In this document: positions 1-10,058 of the stretch, piece after piece
How the letters are laid out: the number at the start of each line of letters is the position of its first letter
Position numbering within the stretch: position 1 is the stretch's first letter
NCBI GenBank assembly: GCA_963799485.1
Contig: CAWCXJ010000013.1
Coordinates: 128,001-192,000, forward strand
Direction: 5' to 3'
DNA from: an uncultured Trueperaceae bacterium
GTDB taxonomy: Bacteria; Deinococcota; Deinococci; Deinococcales; Trueperaceae
Length of the DNA stretch: 64,000 bases
The notes under the pieces: generated by a model
Databases searched by the model: none
Seen by the model: only the letters and a program-made list of their open reading frames with translations
Told to the model about the DNA's origin: nothing
Translations under genes and position numbers: made by a program

Positions 1-247
1 AATTTTGAGTCGTAAGATTTTGAGCAAGGTTTTCAGCAACAAGGTTTTCAAAAGGAATAGATTTTGCTAAAACTCGAGCACTGAACCAAATGATGTTGGC
101 TCTAAAAACGCTAAACCCGCAAACGCTGAACCTGCACGTTCTGAGCCTGTAGTCGTCGCTGCCAAACGTAACTAAGCCGATAACTTTACGCGATTTTTCC
201 GGTTTGTAAGCTTTTGGCCTGTAATTTTTGACCCTTAAGGCGCGCCC

Positions 248-769
248 ATGCTCAATCCCTTTTCGTCTTATACCTTGCTGCTCGAGGACTGGCTGAGCGC
301 CGCGGTCAACTAGCTTGCCGCCAACTTTCGCCCGCAGTTCCAGGCGCTCAAGTGGCCTGTCGAAGTGGTACGCGAGCTGCTCGACACGCGCTTCAGGCGA
401 CGCCGCCCCTCATCTTTTTAGCGCTGATCTTCGCGCTGGCGTGGTGGCTGGCGCGTCGCAGCGTTCAGCCGCGTCGCACTGACCTTCGTCGGCTCTTCGG
501 GACTCGAGGGCGCGGTCAGCGACCCACTTAAAATCGGCTTTCCGGCCAACGACCTTCAGGTCGTCGCCAATAATGAATTCTCAAGCGCAAATCCGGCTGC
601 TGCCAAACTCTTTGAACGCGTCTCGGTGCCGCTCGAGGATGTGGCTGAAATGACCGCCCAGATCAACGACAATGACGAAGACGTTCAGACGATGGTCGAA
701 GGCTGGTTGAGCGATCACCAGAGCAAAGTAGACAACTGGTTGGAAGAAGCAGAGGCCACCGCGTCATAA
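248..769 (+). pseudogene. Chimeric remnant: 5' part of a glycine betaine/proline ABC permease (ProW-like) joined to the 3' end of the binding protein (ProX-like)
   Basis: Manual translation. ATG248 gives MLNPFSSYTLLLEDWLSAAVN*LAANFRPQFQALKWPV (TAG at 311-313), resembling the ProW N-terminus, followed by frameshifts. From about 497 it reads SGLEGAVSDPLKIGFPANDLQVVANNEFSSANPAAAKLFERV...WLSDHQSKVDNWLEEA..*, resembling the ProX C-terminus (GFP..ANK...NPAAAKLF). Confidence 0.8.
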
Positions 770-795
770 CGTAAACTTTTAAGCTCTACCGGTAC

Positions 796-831
796 CAGCT
801 CGTAGCATTGGTGCTACGAGCTGAAATTTTT
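796..831 (+). terminator. Intrinsic terminator after the proW/X remnant, possibly bidirectional
   Basis: Perfect 12-bp stem CAGCTCGTAGCA-ttgg-TGCTACGAGCTG followed by AAATTTTT. Confidence 0.75.
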
Positions 832-887
832 ATGGCTTCTACCGTTAAGGTAGGTGTTCTGTGCAGGACGAAAGATTAAATAACAGT

Positions 888-1379
888 TTAACCGAGCAAC
901 GATTTGGGCATCACAACCGAAGTGTTATCTTCACGAACCGGCTCGAACCCCAACTTTGTGTACAAGTTGACCGCTGGGTTGCCTTTAGTGACACTTAAAG
1001 AAATGGCGCTGTAGCTCGGCTTAGCGTCACTGAAAAGTTGCTTGAGCAACCTTGTTACGATACCCTGTCCGCGATAATCCGGCAGTACTGCAATTCCGAC
1101 TTCCGGCGTCTTATCGTCTACGTATCCGTAGCCTTTTTGTGAACCCGTCAGTAGCCTGAGCCAAACTGCGCCTACAGATAAACCGCTGTCTAAATCGGCA
1201 GCAGTAAGCGCAATGTCACCTGGCTTCCCCCATTTGGCTATATATTTGGCAAGTTCAGGACGTTCTATAACCTCTCTGGCAAAAGGTTTGTGACCTTCAG
1301 GAACGTAAAGTGACCTGTAGAGCATGTCCTCCAGAAATACTTGGTCTCTTGGCGAAGCTTTGCGGATATGAACATTCAC
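888..1379 (-). CDS. GNAT family N-acetyltransferase (start probably GTG1379; the ORF extends to 1421)
   Basis: Acetyl-CoA motif VLPDYRGQGI and NPAVNLYTKLGF; GC lower than neighbours. Confidence 0.85.
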   Translation of the reverse strand: MNVHIRKASPRDQVFLEDMLYRSLYVPEGHKPFAREVIERPELAKYIAKWGKPGDIALTAADLDSGLSVGAVWLRLLTGSQKGYGYVDDKTPEVGIAVLPDYRGQGIVTRLLKQLFSDAKPSYSAISLSVTKGNPAVNLYTKLGFEPVREDNTSVVMPKSLLG

Positions 1380-1451
1380 CGAAACACAAGCCCTTTTGGA
1401 AAAGTTAATGCCGCCTGTCAAGACAGAAGCATTAAGCTTAATAACTTAAAA

Positions 1452-2126
1452 CTAGCCCATAAAAACAAGGTGCTTACCAAACTCCAAATGCTTTTCCAGA
1501 TACCGCGCCGACCGGTCGCCATCGCTTTCACCGAGCAGTTTGAGGAGCGTTTCATGCTCCAAGCTGTTCTGCTGTACCCGCTGAAAAAACCGGTCGTCGC
1601 GGTAGAGTTTGTGAACCGTGCGGAACAAAATATCGTGATGCCACCACAAGGCCCGTAAAATCTCCTCGTTGCCCCACAAGCGGCACAAAGTCAGGTGAAA
1701 CCCCAAGTCGCTCGAGGCCGCTAACGTCACATCGCCGGTCTCGAGGGCGTGTTCGTGTTCACGCAGTTTTGCTTTTAGTTGTGCGCGCCCTTCAGCGCTC
1801 AGCGTGCCGGTCAGCCGCCGAACAACAAATGTTTCCAACGCAATTCGCAGGTCGAAGTGGTTGCGAATCTCTTCAGCGGAGAGTGCCCGCACGACGACGC
1901 CCTGTTGCGGCGACACGCTGACAAAGCCTTCGTTCTCGAGCCGTTCTATCGCCGAGCGCACCGGTGTTTTGCTCATGCCTAACTTTTCTGCGAGCGTCCG
2001 TTCGGACAGAAAGCTCCCCGGCGGAAACGCCTCGCCTAGGATCAGCGTTTTTAGCTCCTCGTAAGCGCGGTCTTTTAAGAAAACGCGGGCACTGTCTGAA
2101 GGTGAAACACCTAATGGGGACGCCAT
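1452..2126 (-). CDS. GntR family (FCD) transcriptional regulator
   Basis: wHTH LSERTLAEKLGMSKTPVRSAIERLENEGFV; FCD-like C-terminus with FH...EH...H. Confidence 0.92.
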   Translation of the reverse strand: MASPLGVSPSDSARVFLKDRAYEELKTLILGEAFPPGSFLSERTLAEKLGMSKTPVRSAIERLENEGFVSVSPQQGVVVRALSAEEIRNHFDLRIALETFVVRRLTGTLSAEGRAQLKAKLREHEHALETGDVTLAASSDLGFHLTLCRLWGNEEILRALWWHHDILFRTVHKLYRDDRFFQRVQQNSLEHETLLKLLGESDGDRSARYLEKHLEFGKHLVFMG

Positions 2127-2205
2127 CTAGCTTCTCAACCTATCAGTTCGGGCATAAAACGGCCTCGGCGTTACGAACTTGTGTGACCCTGACATGTTCC
2201 TATTA

Positions 2206-2251
2206 TTGACAGATGTCACGCTGAGTTGCTAGTATCTCACTGGTATACCAG
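2206..2251 (+). promoter_or_regulatory. sigma70-type promoter of the liv operon with an adjacent GntR-type operator
   Basis: TTGACA at 2206-2211, extended -10 TGnTAGTAT (hexamer at 2230-2235), palindrome CTGGTATACCAG at 2240-2251, RBS AGGAGG before ATG2272. Confidence 0.7.
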
Positions 2252-2271
2252 CAACCAAATAGGAGGTAAAG

Positions 2272-3477
2272 ATGAAGCGGTTCGGCGTCGTACTTACTTT
2301 TTTAGCGGTTTTGGGCGTTGCCCCTGTCAGTATCGGGGTAGCCCAAGACACCCTGCCCATCGGGGTGATTACCAGCATCACCGGGCGCTACGCGGAGTTC
2401 GGCGAACAACACCAGGCCGGGTTCGCCGTTGCGTTAGACGAGATCAACGCCAGCGGAGGGGTGAACGGGCAGCAGCTCGAGCTCGTCCTCCGCGACGACA
2501 CCTCGGACGTCAACGCGGCGCTCTCCGCCGCCGAAGGTCTGACCCGTGAAGTGCCACTCGTGCTCGGCGCGTACTCGTCTTCGATTACGAACCCGCTGGC
2601 GCAGTTTTTCTCTCGGCAGGGCTTTCCGTTTCTGGTCTACACCTCGTCCGAAGACGCGATTACGAACCCCGGTTCCGAATGGACGTTTCGCCTCAACCAG
2701 CCCGCATCGGCCTACGCGACGGTGCTTTTCGACATCTTCGACCAGCTTAACAGTGCCCAAGACGCCGGACTCTCGACGATTGCCCTGATTCACGGCAACG
2801 GCCCCTTCGAGTCGTCCGTTGCCGACGCGGTGGTGCGGCTCTCAGAAGAACGCGGTTTTGAACTGACCGAACAAGAGAGCTACGACCGCGGCGTCACCGA
2901 CTTCCGCCCGATCTTGAACCGCTTCGCCTCAGACGACCCCGACATCGTGTTTATGGTCTCTTACGCCGAAGATTCGGTCGGGCTTTTACGGCAAGCAAGC
3001 GAGGTCGGCTTAAACCCTAAGATTTTCGCGGGCGGCGCAGCCGGGTTTGCGCTCCCCAACTTTATCGAGGGCGCGGGCGCAGCGGCGAACTACGTGGTCA
3101 CGGCTACGACCTGGACCAAAGACGCGGCCTATCCGGGGGCAGCGGACCTCTACACGCGGCTTAAAGAGCAGTTGGGCGGCACCGAACCCTCGTATCACGC
3201 GGCCCAGGCTTACGCTGCGCTGATTACCGCCGCCGACGTGCTGAGCCGCGCCGAAGACATGAGCCCCGAGGCGGTGCAAGCGGCGCTCGACGCCACCGAC
3301 ATCACCGAGACCGCCTATGGCCCCATCAAATTTGATAGTTACGACGGTTTTCAAAACCAGAATCCCTTGTCGATGCTCGCGCAGCAGGTTCAGGACGGCG
3401 CGTTTGTGACGGTGTTTCCAGAGGCTTCTGCCCAGGCCGACCTCGCGTTTCCGACGCCCGCTTGGAACGAACGCTAA
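2272..3477 (+). CDS. livK: Branched-chain amino acid-type ABC transporter substrate-binding protein
   Basis: Signal peptide; INASGGVNGQQLELVLRDD, GAYSS and DFRPIL motifs; first gene of a livHMGF run. Confidence 0.88.
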   Translation: MKRFGVVLTFLAVLGVAPVSIGVAQDTLPIGVITSITGRYAEFGEQHQAGFAVALDEINASGGVNGQQLELVLRDDTSDVNAALSAAEGLTREVPLVLGAYSSSITNPLAQFFSRQGFPFLVYTSSEDAITNPGSEWTFRLNQPASAYATVLFDIFDQLNSAQDAGLSTIALIHGNGPFESSVADAVVRLSEERGFELTEQESYDRGVTDFRPILNRFASDDPDIVFMVSYAEDSVGLLRQASEVGLNPKIFAGGAAGFALPNFIEGAGAAANYVVTATTWTKDAAYPGAADLYTRLKEQLGGTEPSYHAAQAYAALITAADVLSRAEDMSPEAVQAALDATDITETAYGPIKFDSYDGFQNQNPLSMLAQQVQDGAFVTVFPEASAQADLAFPTPAWNER

Positions 3478-3523
3478 ACGGCTCCGGTGGTCTTGACCAG
3501 CTTGTAAGGCCACCACCTAACCT

Positions 3524-4408
3524 ATGGAACCCTTTTACGGCTTTTTACAAAACCTTTCCGGCGGGCTTTTAATCGGCGGCGTGTACGCGCTTTTGGGAAT
3601 CGGCTTGTCGCTTATTTTCGGCGTGATGCGGGTGATCAACTTTGCTCACGGTGATTTTGTCGTCGTCGGGATGTACACCGCCATCGTGATGTACGCGCAG
3701 CTCGGTTGGGACCCGCTCTTGAGTCTCGTCGTGGCGCTGCCGCTCGGGTTTTTGCTGGGGGTGGGGCTCGAGCGCCTCATCTTAAGCCGCCTTATAGACG
3801 CGCCCGAAGGCAGCACCCTCCTGGCGACTTTAGGGCTGTCACTCGTTATTCAAAATATCTTGCTGCTCACCTTTGGCGCGTCGCCGCGCTCATTAAACGT
3901 TTCTTACGGCACCGCCACCATCTCCCTCGGCCCCATCACCCTCTCTTTGGTCCAACTCGTCGCGGGCGGGGTCGTGCTCTTGGTGATCATCGGCCTCTAC
4001 TTGTTTCTGACCTATACCGAACAGGGTCAGGCGGTGCGGGCGACCTCGCAAAACCGCCTTGGGGCCGAGCTGGTCGGCATCAACACGCGGGCCATCTATA
4101 GCCTCGTGTTCGGCGTCGGGGTCGCGCTGTCGGTCGCTGCCGGGATTATCTTGATTCCCCAACTCTTTGTGACGCCGGTCATCACCGGGCCGGTCTTCAC
4201 CTTAAAGGCGTTTGTCGTCACGGTATTAGGCGGTCTCGGCAACGTCTGGGGAGCCATCGGCGGAGGTTTGCTGCTCGGCGTGGTCGAGGTTCTGGGCGCG
4301 TCGTATATCTCGTTCGATTACCGCGACGCTTACGGTCTGATTGCCTTTCTGCTGATTTTGCTCCTGCGCCCCGAAGGGTTGTTCGGCCGGTCGGTCAAAC
4401 GCGTATGA
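3524..4408 (+). CDS. livH: BCAA ABC permease
   Basis: GLSLIFGVMRVINFAHG, KAFVVTVLGGLG, RPEGLFG. Confidence 0.92.
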   Translation: MEPFYGFLQNLSGGLLIGGVYALLGIGLSLIFGVMRVINFAHGDFVVVGMYTAIVMYAQLGWDPLLSLVVALPLGFLLGVGLERLILSRLIDAPEGSTLLATLGLSLVIQNILLLTFGASPRSLNVSYGTATISLGPITLSLVQLVAGGVVLLVIIGLYLFLTYTEQGQAVRATSQNRLGAELVGINTRAIYSLVFGVGVALSVAAGIILIPQLFVTPVITGPVFTLKAFVVTVLGGLGNVWGAIGGGLLLGVVEVLGASYISFDYRDAYGLIAFLLILLLRPEGLFGRSVKRV

Positions 4409-5364
4409 GGCGCTGGGCGGTTCCGCTCTCGCAGCTCACACTCTTTCTTGGTGTCGGGCTGCTCCTCCCGCTCTGGTCGGGGACGAACTTCAGCTTGATG
4501 ATTACGCTCCTGCTCTTTGTCGGGCTGGCAACGTCGTGGGATATTTTAGGCGGTTGGACGGGGCAAACGAGCCTCGGTCACGCGGCGTTTGTCGGGATTG
4601 GGGCGTATGGGCTGGCGCTCGGGACGGGTAAACTCGGGCTGGACGCAATTTCGGCGCTCGAGTTGGGTCTCGTCGTTGCCGCCGTCTTTGCCCTGCTCTG
4701 GGGTTCCCTAACATTCGGTTTGCGCGGGTCGTACTTTACGCTCTCGACGATTGCCATTGCTGAAATTTTACGGCTCGTGGCGATCAACGAAGCGTGGTTT
4801 ACGGGCGGGTCGGCGGGGCTCTTTATTTCGGAACTGCCCGAGCCCTTCGGCTTGGACCTGTTCAGCCGCCAGGTTGAATACTACCTCGCGCTCGTCTACG
4901 CGGCGGGGGTGATCGCGTGTGTGATGTGGCTTTCCGGGAGCCGTTTTGGATACGCGATGCGCGCGGTGCGTGAAGACGAGGCGGCGGCGCAAGCCGCGGG
5001 CATCAACCCGGTGCGGGTCAAACTCCGCGCCTTCGCGCTTTCAGGTGCGCTCACCGCGTTGGGCGGCGGGATTTACGGGGCGTATTTGTCGTTTCTAGAC
5101 CCGCACAATCTATTTTTTCTGCCGCTCTCGGTGCAGATTGCCTTGACCGCGATTATCGGCGGGCGCGGGACGGTCTGGGGGCCAGCACTAGGTGCGGCGC
5201 TCCTCATTTTGGCCGCCGAAGTGTTTCGCAGCGTGTTTGCCGAGGCGAACTTGCTGATTTACGGTTTGCTGATTCTGGTCGTCATCTTATTCGTCCCGCG
5301 TGGACTTATCGGCGAGTTATCGCGTTATTTGCGGCGGAGGCGTTATGCTCGAGAACAGCGCTAG
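4405..5364 (+). CDS. livM: BCAA ABC permease
   Basis: [42 protein letters not shown]. Confidence 0.92.
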   Translation: MRRWAVPLSQLTLFLGVGLLLPLWSGTNFSLMITLLLFVGLATSWDILGGWTGQTSLGHAAFVGIGAYGLALGTGKLGLDAISALELGLVVAAVFALLWGSLTFGLRGSYFTLSTIAIAEILRLVAINEAWFTGGSAGLFISELPEPFGLDLFSRQVEYYLALVYAAGVIACVMWLSGSRFGYAMRAVREDEAAAQAAGINPVRVKLRAFALSGALTALGGGIYGAYLSFLDPHNLFFLPLSVQIALTAIIGGRGTVWGPALGAALLILAAEVFRSVFAEANLLIYGLLILVVILFVPRGLIGELSRYLRRRRYAREQR

Positions 5365-6088
5365 AGAGAGCGTTTTGCGCGCCGAAGGTGTCACGGTGCG
5401 GTTCGGCGGGCTTACGGCAGTTGACGACGTGTCGCTGGATCTAAGCCGGGGCAAGATTTTGGGTTTAATCGGGCCCAACGGCGCAGGCAAAACCACCCTG
5501 TTCAACGCGCTGACTGGCTACGCGCCGCTGAGCGGCGGGCGCGTCACGTATCTGGGCCGCGACATCACCCGCACATCACCGTTTGAACGCACCCGCAAGG
5601 GGATGGGCCGCACCTTTCAGATCGAACGCCCGTTTGAAGGCTTGAGCGTGCTCGAGAACGTCCTGATTCCCGCATTTTTACGCTTCCCGGCTCGCAGCGA
5701 CGCCGAACTGTGGGCCGAAGAGTGCTTGACCCGCGTGGGCCTGATTGACCGCCGCAATCAGCTCTCGGCAGAACTGAACCTAGCGCGGCGCAGACGCTTA
5801 GAACTCGCTAAAGCCTTAGCCGTAAAACCGCGCGTTTTATTCCTAGACGAGCTGATGGCGGGCCTTAACCCACCTGCGCTGGCTGAAATGATCGAATTCG
5901 TCCTCAGCCTGACGCAAGACGGCACCGCCATCTTGATGGTCGAACACATTATGCAGGCCGTCGTCGAACTCTCAGACCATATTGTCGTGCTGGCGTTCGG
6001 CAAAAAGATTGCCGAGGGTACGCCGGAGGTCGTGACGAACAACCCGCTGGTGATCGAGGCGTATCTGGGAGGCGTAGACGATGACTGA
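5345..6088 (+). CDS. livG: BCAA ABC ATP-binding protein
   Basis: Walker [31 protein letters not shown] at 5345. Confidence 0.92.
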   Translation: MLENSARESVLRAEGVTVRFGGLTAVDDVSLDLSRGKILGLIGPNGAGKTTLFNALTGYAPLSGGRVTYLGRDITRTSPFERTRKGMGRTFQIERPFEGLSVLENVLIPAFLRFPARSDAELWAEECLTRVGLIDRRNQLSAELNLARRRRLELAKALAVKPRVLFLDELMAGLNPPALAEMIEFVLSLTQDGTAILMVEHIMQAVVELSDHIVVLAFGKKIAEGTPEVVTNNPLVIEAYLGGVDDD

Positions 6089-6836
6089 GGTGCGCGTGAA
6101 CACAGTAGACCCGGTAGAGAAACGCGAACCGGTTTTACAAGTCGAAAACGTCGATTTGGGTTACGACGAACTGTTGGTCGTGATGGGCGTGAGCTTGACC
6201 ATCCATCAGGGCGAATTAGTCGGGCTCGTCGGCGGCAACGGCAGCGGCAAATCGACCATTTTACGGGCTGTTTCGGGGATGATTCAGCCTCGTGCCGGAC
6301 GTATTCTCTTTGCAGGTCAAGAGGTCCGCAAACGCAGCCCGCACCAGATGGCAGAGCTTGGTATCGCACACGTCCCGATGGGACGGCAGCTGTTTCCCAA
6401 CATGACGGTTGCCCAAAACCTCGCGCTCGGCGCGTACCTGCCGGAACCGCGCCGGAACCGCACCGAAAGTCTGGGGCACGTCTATGAACTCTTCCCCGAT
6501 CTGCACGACAAACGCAAAATCATGGCGGGTAACCTTTCGGGTGGGCAGCAGCAGATGATTGCCATCGGGCGGGCGCTGATGCTCCGGCCCAAAATGCTCA
6601 TCATGGACGAGCCCTCGCTAGGGCTTGCGCCGCGCCTCGTCAAAGAGGTGATGCAGGCCATTCGCCGCGTGTCGCAGACCGGCCTGCCGATTTTACTGGT
6701 TGAACAAAACGTCAAACAGGTGTTGCAAATTTCCGACCGGACGTATGTGCTCGAGAACGGCAAACTCGTAATCGAGGGGCCGTCGGGAGAGCTTATGGGC
6801 AACGAAAAGATCAAGCGGGCGTATCTAGGGCTTTAG
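6081..6836 (+). CDS. livF: BCAA ABC ATP-binding protein
   Basis: GGNGSGKST, LSGGQQQM, MDEPSLGLAP, VEQN. Confidence 0.93.
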   Translation: MTEVRVNTVDPVEKREPVLQVENVDLGYDELLVVMGVSLTIHQGELVGLVGGNGSGKSTILRAVSGMIQPRAGRILFAGQEVRKRSPHQMAELGIAHVPMGRQLFPNMTVAQNLALGAYLPEPRRNRTESLGHVYELFPDLHDKRKIMAGNLSGGQQQMIAIGRALMLRPKMLIMDEPSLGLAPRLVKEVMQAIRRVSQTGLPILLVEQNVKQVLQISDRTYVLENGKLVIEGPSGELMGNEKIKRAYLGL

Positions 6837-6861
6837 ACTTGGTTCTGACCGTTGGACAAAG

Positions 6862-6955
6862 AGGCTCGAGCTAAAACTCGGGCCTTTACTCAACTCTCCA
6901 CCCGGCTTGTGGCCTTAAAACGTGCTATCCAACCCCTGATCTAAAGATCGGGTTG
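6862..6955. terminator. Two hairpins between the convergent livF and peptide-binding protein genes
   Basis: AGGCTCGAG-ctaaaa-CTCGGGCCT followed by TT at 6862-6887; CCTGATCT-aa-AGATCGGG at about 6935-6952. Confidence 0.55.
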
Positions 6956-6966
6956 AGGGTTTGCAG

Positions 6967-8727
6967 CTACTTGGAAAGTTTTCGCCACAGGTAAGAACCG
7001 CTCAGCATCGGGTTGACGTAGGTACCTTTTAGGTCGGCGCTTTGTACCAGAAACGGAACGCCTTGCGGCAGCAGCACATAGGTTGAAAGCTCATAGCCGC
7101 GCTCGGCAATCTGGCGGTAGAGTTCGACCCGCTCGGCTTGGTCGAAGCTCGAGCGCGCCTGCTTGTCCCACGCGTCGATCTGCGCGTCGGAAAAATTGAC
7201 CGAGTCGGCGTAGTAGCCGTCGGTCTGGTAAAAGGTGTGCATGTAGTTGTCGGGGTCGGCGAAGTCGGGAATCCAGCCGTTGATGACTACCGGCAACAAA
7301 CCCCGCAAACTCTGGTCTAAAAAGTCGGGCCAGGCCATACCGCGTGTCTGCACCCTAAACTTCGGGTTTAAGAACTCGAGGTTCGACTTGATAATCTCCG
7401 CAACCGTTTGGTGCGCCTGCGTGCCGGTGCTATAGGTAATTGTAAACTGAAACCCGTTTTCCCAGAGTTTGCCACCCCAGGCCGCGCGGCAGGCTTCTTC
7501 AGCCTTTCCGGGGTCGTAGCTGTAGGTCGGCACTTCGGGATCGTAGCCCAGGTAAGAGGGTGGGAGCGCCATCGTCAACTTTTGACCATAACCTTGCAAA
7601 ACTTGGTCGATATAGGCTTGCGGGTCGAACGAGTAGTTGATGCACTTACGCACATTTACGTCGCTGAAAAAGTCTGCCGGGATTCCCTGACCGTCCAGCC
7701 TGCCCGAGCCGAGGTTGGGGTTGTTCTCGGCGACGACCGCCTGGTTCATAAACACGGCGCTGACCAAGGTCGATGACCAGTCGAGGCTCGGATCGGTCGC
7801 TGCGTCACGGATGGTGATATTCGGTTGGCCCTCGACTTGACCAAGAGCAGAACGCTCGATGTCCACGACGTCCGCGTCGCCTTGTTGGAGCGCCAGGATA
7901 CGCGCAGCCTGGTCGTCGACGAGCTGTATCTGCACGTTTTGAAGCTTGGGCGCGCCGCCCCAGTAGTCGGGAAACGCTTCGGCGATGGCGCGGTTGCCGG
8001 TCTGCCAGTTGACCAGTTGGTAGGCTCCCGTACCGCTCATGTTGTTTTGCAGGTACGACTCGCGCAGGTCGGCCCCGACCCACTCGCGCCAGGTCGCCTC
8101 AGAACCGTCCCACATCCCGTTTTCTACCGCCCACGCCTTATCGACGATAGACGCGCCGTAAAAGATCGTCTTGACGAAAAAGGCAGGGTCGGCCTGGGCC
8201 AAATTGAACTGTACGGTGAGGCCGTCCGGCCCGTCGGGACAGGTCACGCTGTTGTCTATGACTTTGTAAAAGTCGGCGTAATCTTGGTCGGTTGCGTCTT
8301 CACCGAGTTCGGCGGCGGCGTTGCCGTAGTATCCGGTTAAGGGCTCCATCAAAATCCAGCCGCCCGAATCGGCGGGGTTGACGACGAGCAGGCGCTCGAG
8401 GGAATACTCGACATCTTTGCACGAGAAGGGATTACCGCTATGAAACATGACCCCGCCGCGCAGCTCAAAGGTAAACGTCAAGTTGTCGTCTGAAACTTCG
8501 TAAGAGGTGGCGAGGCGCGGCTCGAATTCGGTGACACTTTCGCCCTTGTAACCGTAAAGCGTCTCGTAGATATTTTCGATCATTCGGCCCGAGGCGATGT
8601 CATACGCCTGCGCGGGGTCGAGGGTATTGACGTCTGCGGTGGTCTGAACGACGAAGAGGTCTTGCCGCCCCTGGGCGAGTCCGGCGCTCAAGCCGAGGGC
8701 TAAAAGTGCGAGTACGGGCTTTTTCAT
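6967..8727 (-). CDS. Family 5 (peptide/nickel) ABC substrate-binding protein
   Basis: Signal peptide; TLDPAQAYD, IYETL, FHSGNPFSCKDVEYS, GTGAYQL, WIPDFADPDN. Confidence 0.92.
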   Translation of the reverse strand: MKKPVLALLALGLSAGLAQGRQDLFVVQTTADVNTLDPAQAYDIASGRMIENIYETLYGYKGESVTEFEPRLATSYEVSDDNLTFTFELRGGVMFHSGNPFSCKDVEYSLERLLVVNPADSGGWILMEPLTGYYGNAAAELGEDATDQDYADFYKVIDNSVTCPDGPDGLTVQFNLAQADPAFFVKTIFYGASIVDKAWAVENGMWDGSEATWREWVGADLRESYLQNNMSGTGAYQLVNWQTGNRAIAEAFPDYWGGAPKLQNVQIQLVDDQAARILALQQGDADVVDIERSALGQVEGQPNITIRDAATDPSLDWSSTLVSAVFMNQAVVAENNPNLGSGRLDGQGIPADFFSDVNVRKCINYSFDPQAYIDQVLQGYGQKLTMALPPSYLGYDPEVPTYSYDPGKAEEACRAAWGGKLWENGFQFTITYSTGTQAHQTVAEIIKSNLEFLNPKFRVQTRGMAWPDFLDQSLRGLLPVVINGWIPDFADPDNYMHTFYQTDGYYADSVNFSDAQIDAWDKQARSSFDQAERVELYRQIAERGYELSTYVLLPQGVPFLVQSADLKGTYVNPMLSGSYLWRKLSK

Positions 8728-8871
8728 GTTCCTCCTTGATGAGAGACGAGACCGACGGGTTACGCGGGCGAACCTTTTTTCTACAACTGATCACCCCCAC
8801 TTGCCGCCGCTGAGTTTACGGTGCTTTTTGCGAGCACCGGGGGCGTCACGAAAGGGGCACAGCAGGCCACC

Positions 8872-9963
8872 TCAAGTCTCAAGGCGGTTGTACCTCTTCA
8901 AAAGAGCTTGGAGCCGGTCGTGCGGCAGGGCGTAGCGGGTGTTGCCACCCTGTCCGGTCATCGTTTCGGCAGCGACGAGGGCGTTGATGACAGCTTCTTC
9001 GGTAGCCTGCACCGTCGCCCGAAAAAGCGGGGTCATCCGGTCGTTACGCAGCATTTGCGCCGCCACTACGCGCTCATCATTTTCTGTCAAAGATGCTGTT
9101 GAAAAGGCGATAAAGAGTTCGCCGCTGCCGTTTTCGGCAACCCCGCCCGTTCGCGCGAGCCCCATGGACACGCGTCGGGCGAGCCGCTCGAGCTGATGTG
9201 GAAACAAAGGTGCGTCGGTGGCAACGACGGCAATCACCGAGCCGTATTCGGAAGGCACGGGCGTTTCCAGCTGCCCGCAGGTGGGGAGGAAGTCGTGAAT
9301 TTCTCGGCCGACCGGAACGCCCGCGACCACGAGGTCGGCGCGTTCGCCGAAGTTAGCCTGAACGAACGCGCCGACGGTGTACGCGCCGTCTTCGACTGTA
9401 AGTCGCCTCGAGGCCGTCCCGTTCCCGCCCTTGAAGCCGTATAAGCCCATACCGGTGCCGCCACCGACGTTGCCCTCGGCGACCGGCCCCGAAGACGCGC
9501 CGTTAAGCGCGGCAAACACGTGCTCTTCTCTCACATGAAAGCCGTTGATATCGTTTAAGAAGCCGTCGTAGGTTTCAGCGACCACCGGCAGTAACCAAGG
9601 TTGTTTCAGCCGACTCGCCGCGACCGCCCACTTGATCGCGGCGGCGTGAACGGCCCCGACGCTGTGGGTATTGGTGATAAAAACCGGCCCCTCGAGCATC
9701 CCCGACTCTTTAACCCAGGCCATCCCGGTCATCTCGCCGTTGCCGTTATGCGAGTAGCCCCCGGCAAAGACGGGTACAGCGGCCCCACGCGTCGGCAAAA
9801 TTGCCGTGACGCCGGTTCGCACCGGGCCCTGTCCGACGACGAGTTTTCCGTCTCCCTCAATAAGCGTCGCGTAACCGACCTCGAGCCCGGCAACGTCGGT
9901 AATGGCGTTTAGGGAGCCCGGCTTGCCCCCAAAAGGAACGCCCAAATCACGCGCTCTAGGCAC
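8872..9963 (-). CDS. dmpA: P1/S58 family peptidase (DmpA-like L-aminopeptidase/D-amidase, Ntn autoproteolytic)
   Basis: NAITDVAG, NGNGEMTG, VAETYDGFLNDI, EGNVGGGTGM; G-S cleavage site YGSVIAVVATDAP. Confidence 0.88.
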   Translation of the reverse strand: MPRARDLGVPFGGKPGSLNAITDVAGLEVGYATLIEGDGKLVVGQGPVRTGVTAILPTRGAAVPVFAGGYSHNGNGEMTGMAWVKESGMLEGPVFITNTHSVGAVHAAAIKWAVAASRLKQPWLLPVVAETYDGFLNDINGFHVREEHVFAALNGASSGPVAEGNVGGGTGMGLYGFKGGNGTASRRLTVEDGAYTVGAFVQANFGERADLVVAGVPVGREIHDFLPTCGQLETPVPSEYGSVIAVVATDAPLFPHQLERLARRVSMGLARTGGVAENGSGELFIAFSTASLTENDERVVAAQMLRNDRMTPLFRATVQATEEAVINALVAAETMTGQGGNTRYALPHDRLQALLKRYNRLET

Positions 9964-10058
9964 TTTCTAGCCTATGCGTAAGCGTACAAACGACACGTCT
10001 GACGAAAGCATATTCGGCTGTACTAAGCACGGTCTACTCCCCCTCGACTTGGTAACGT

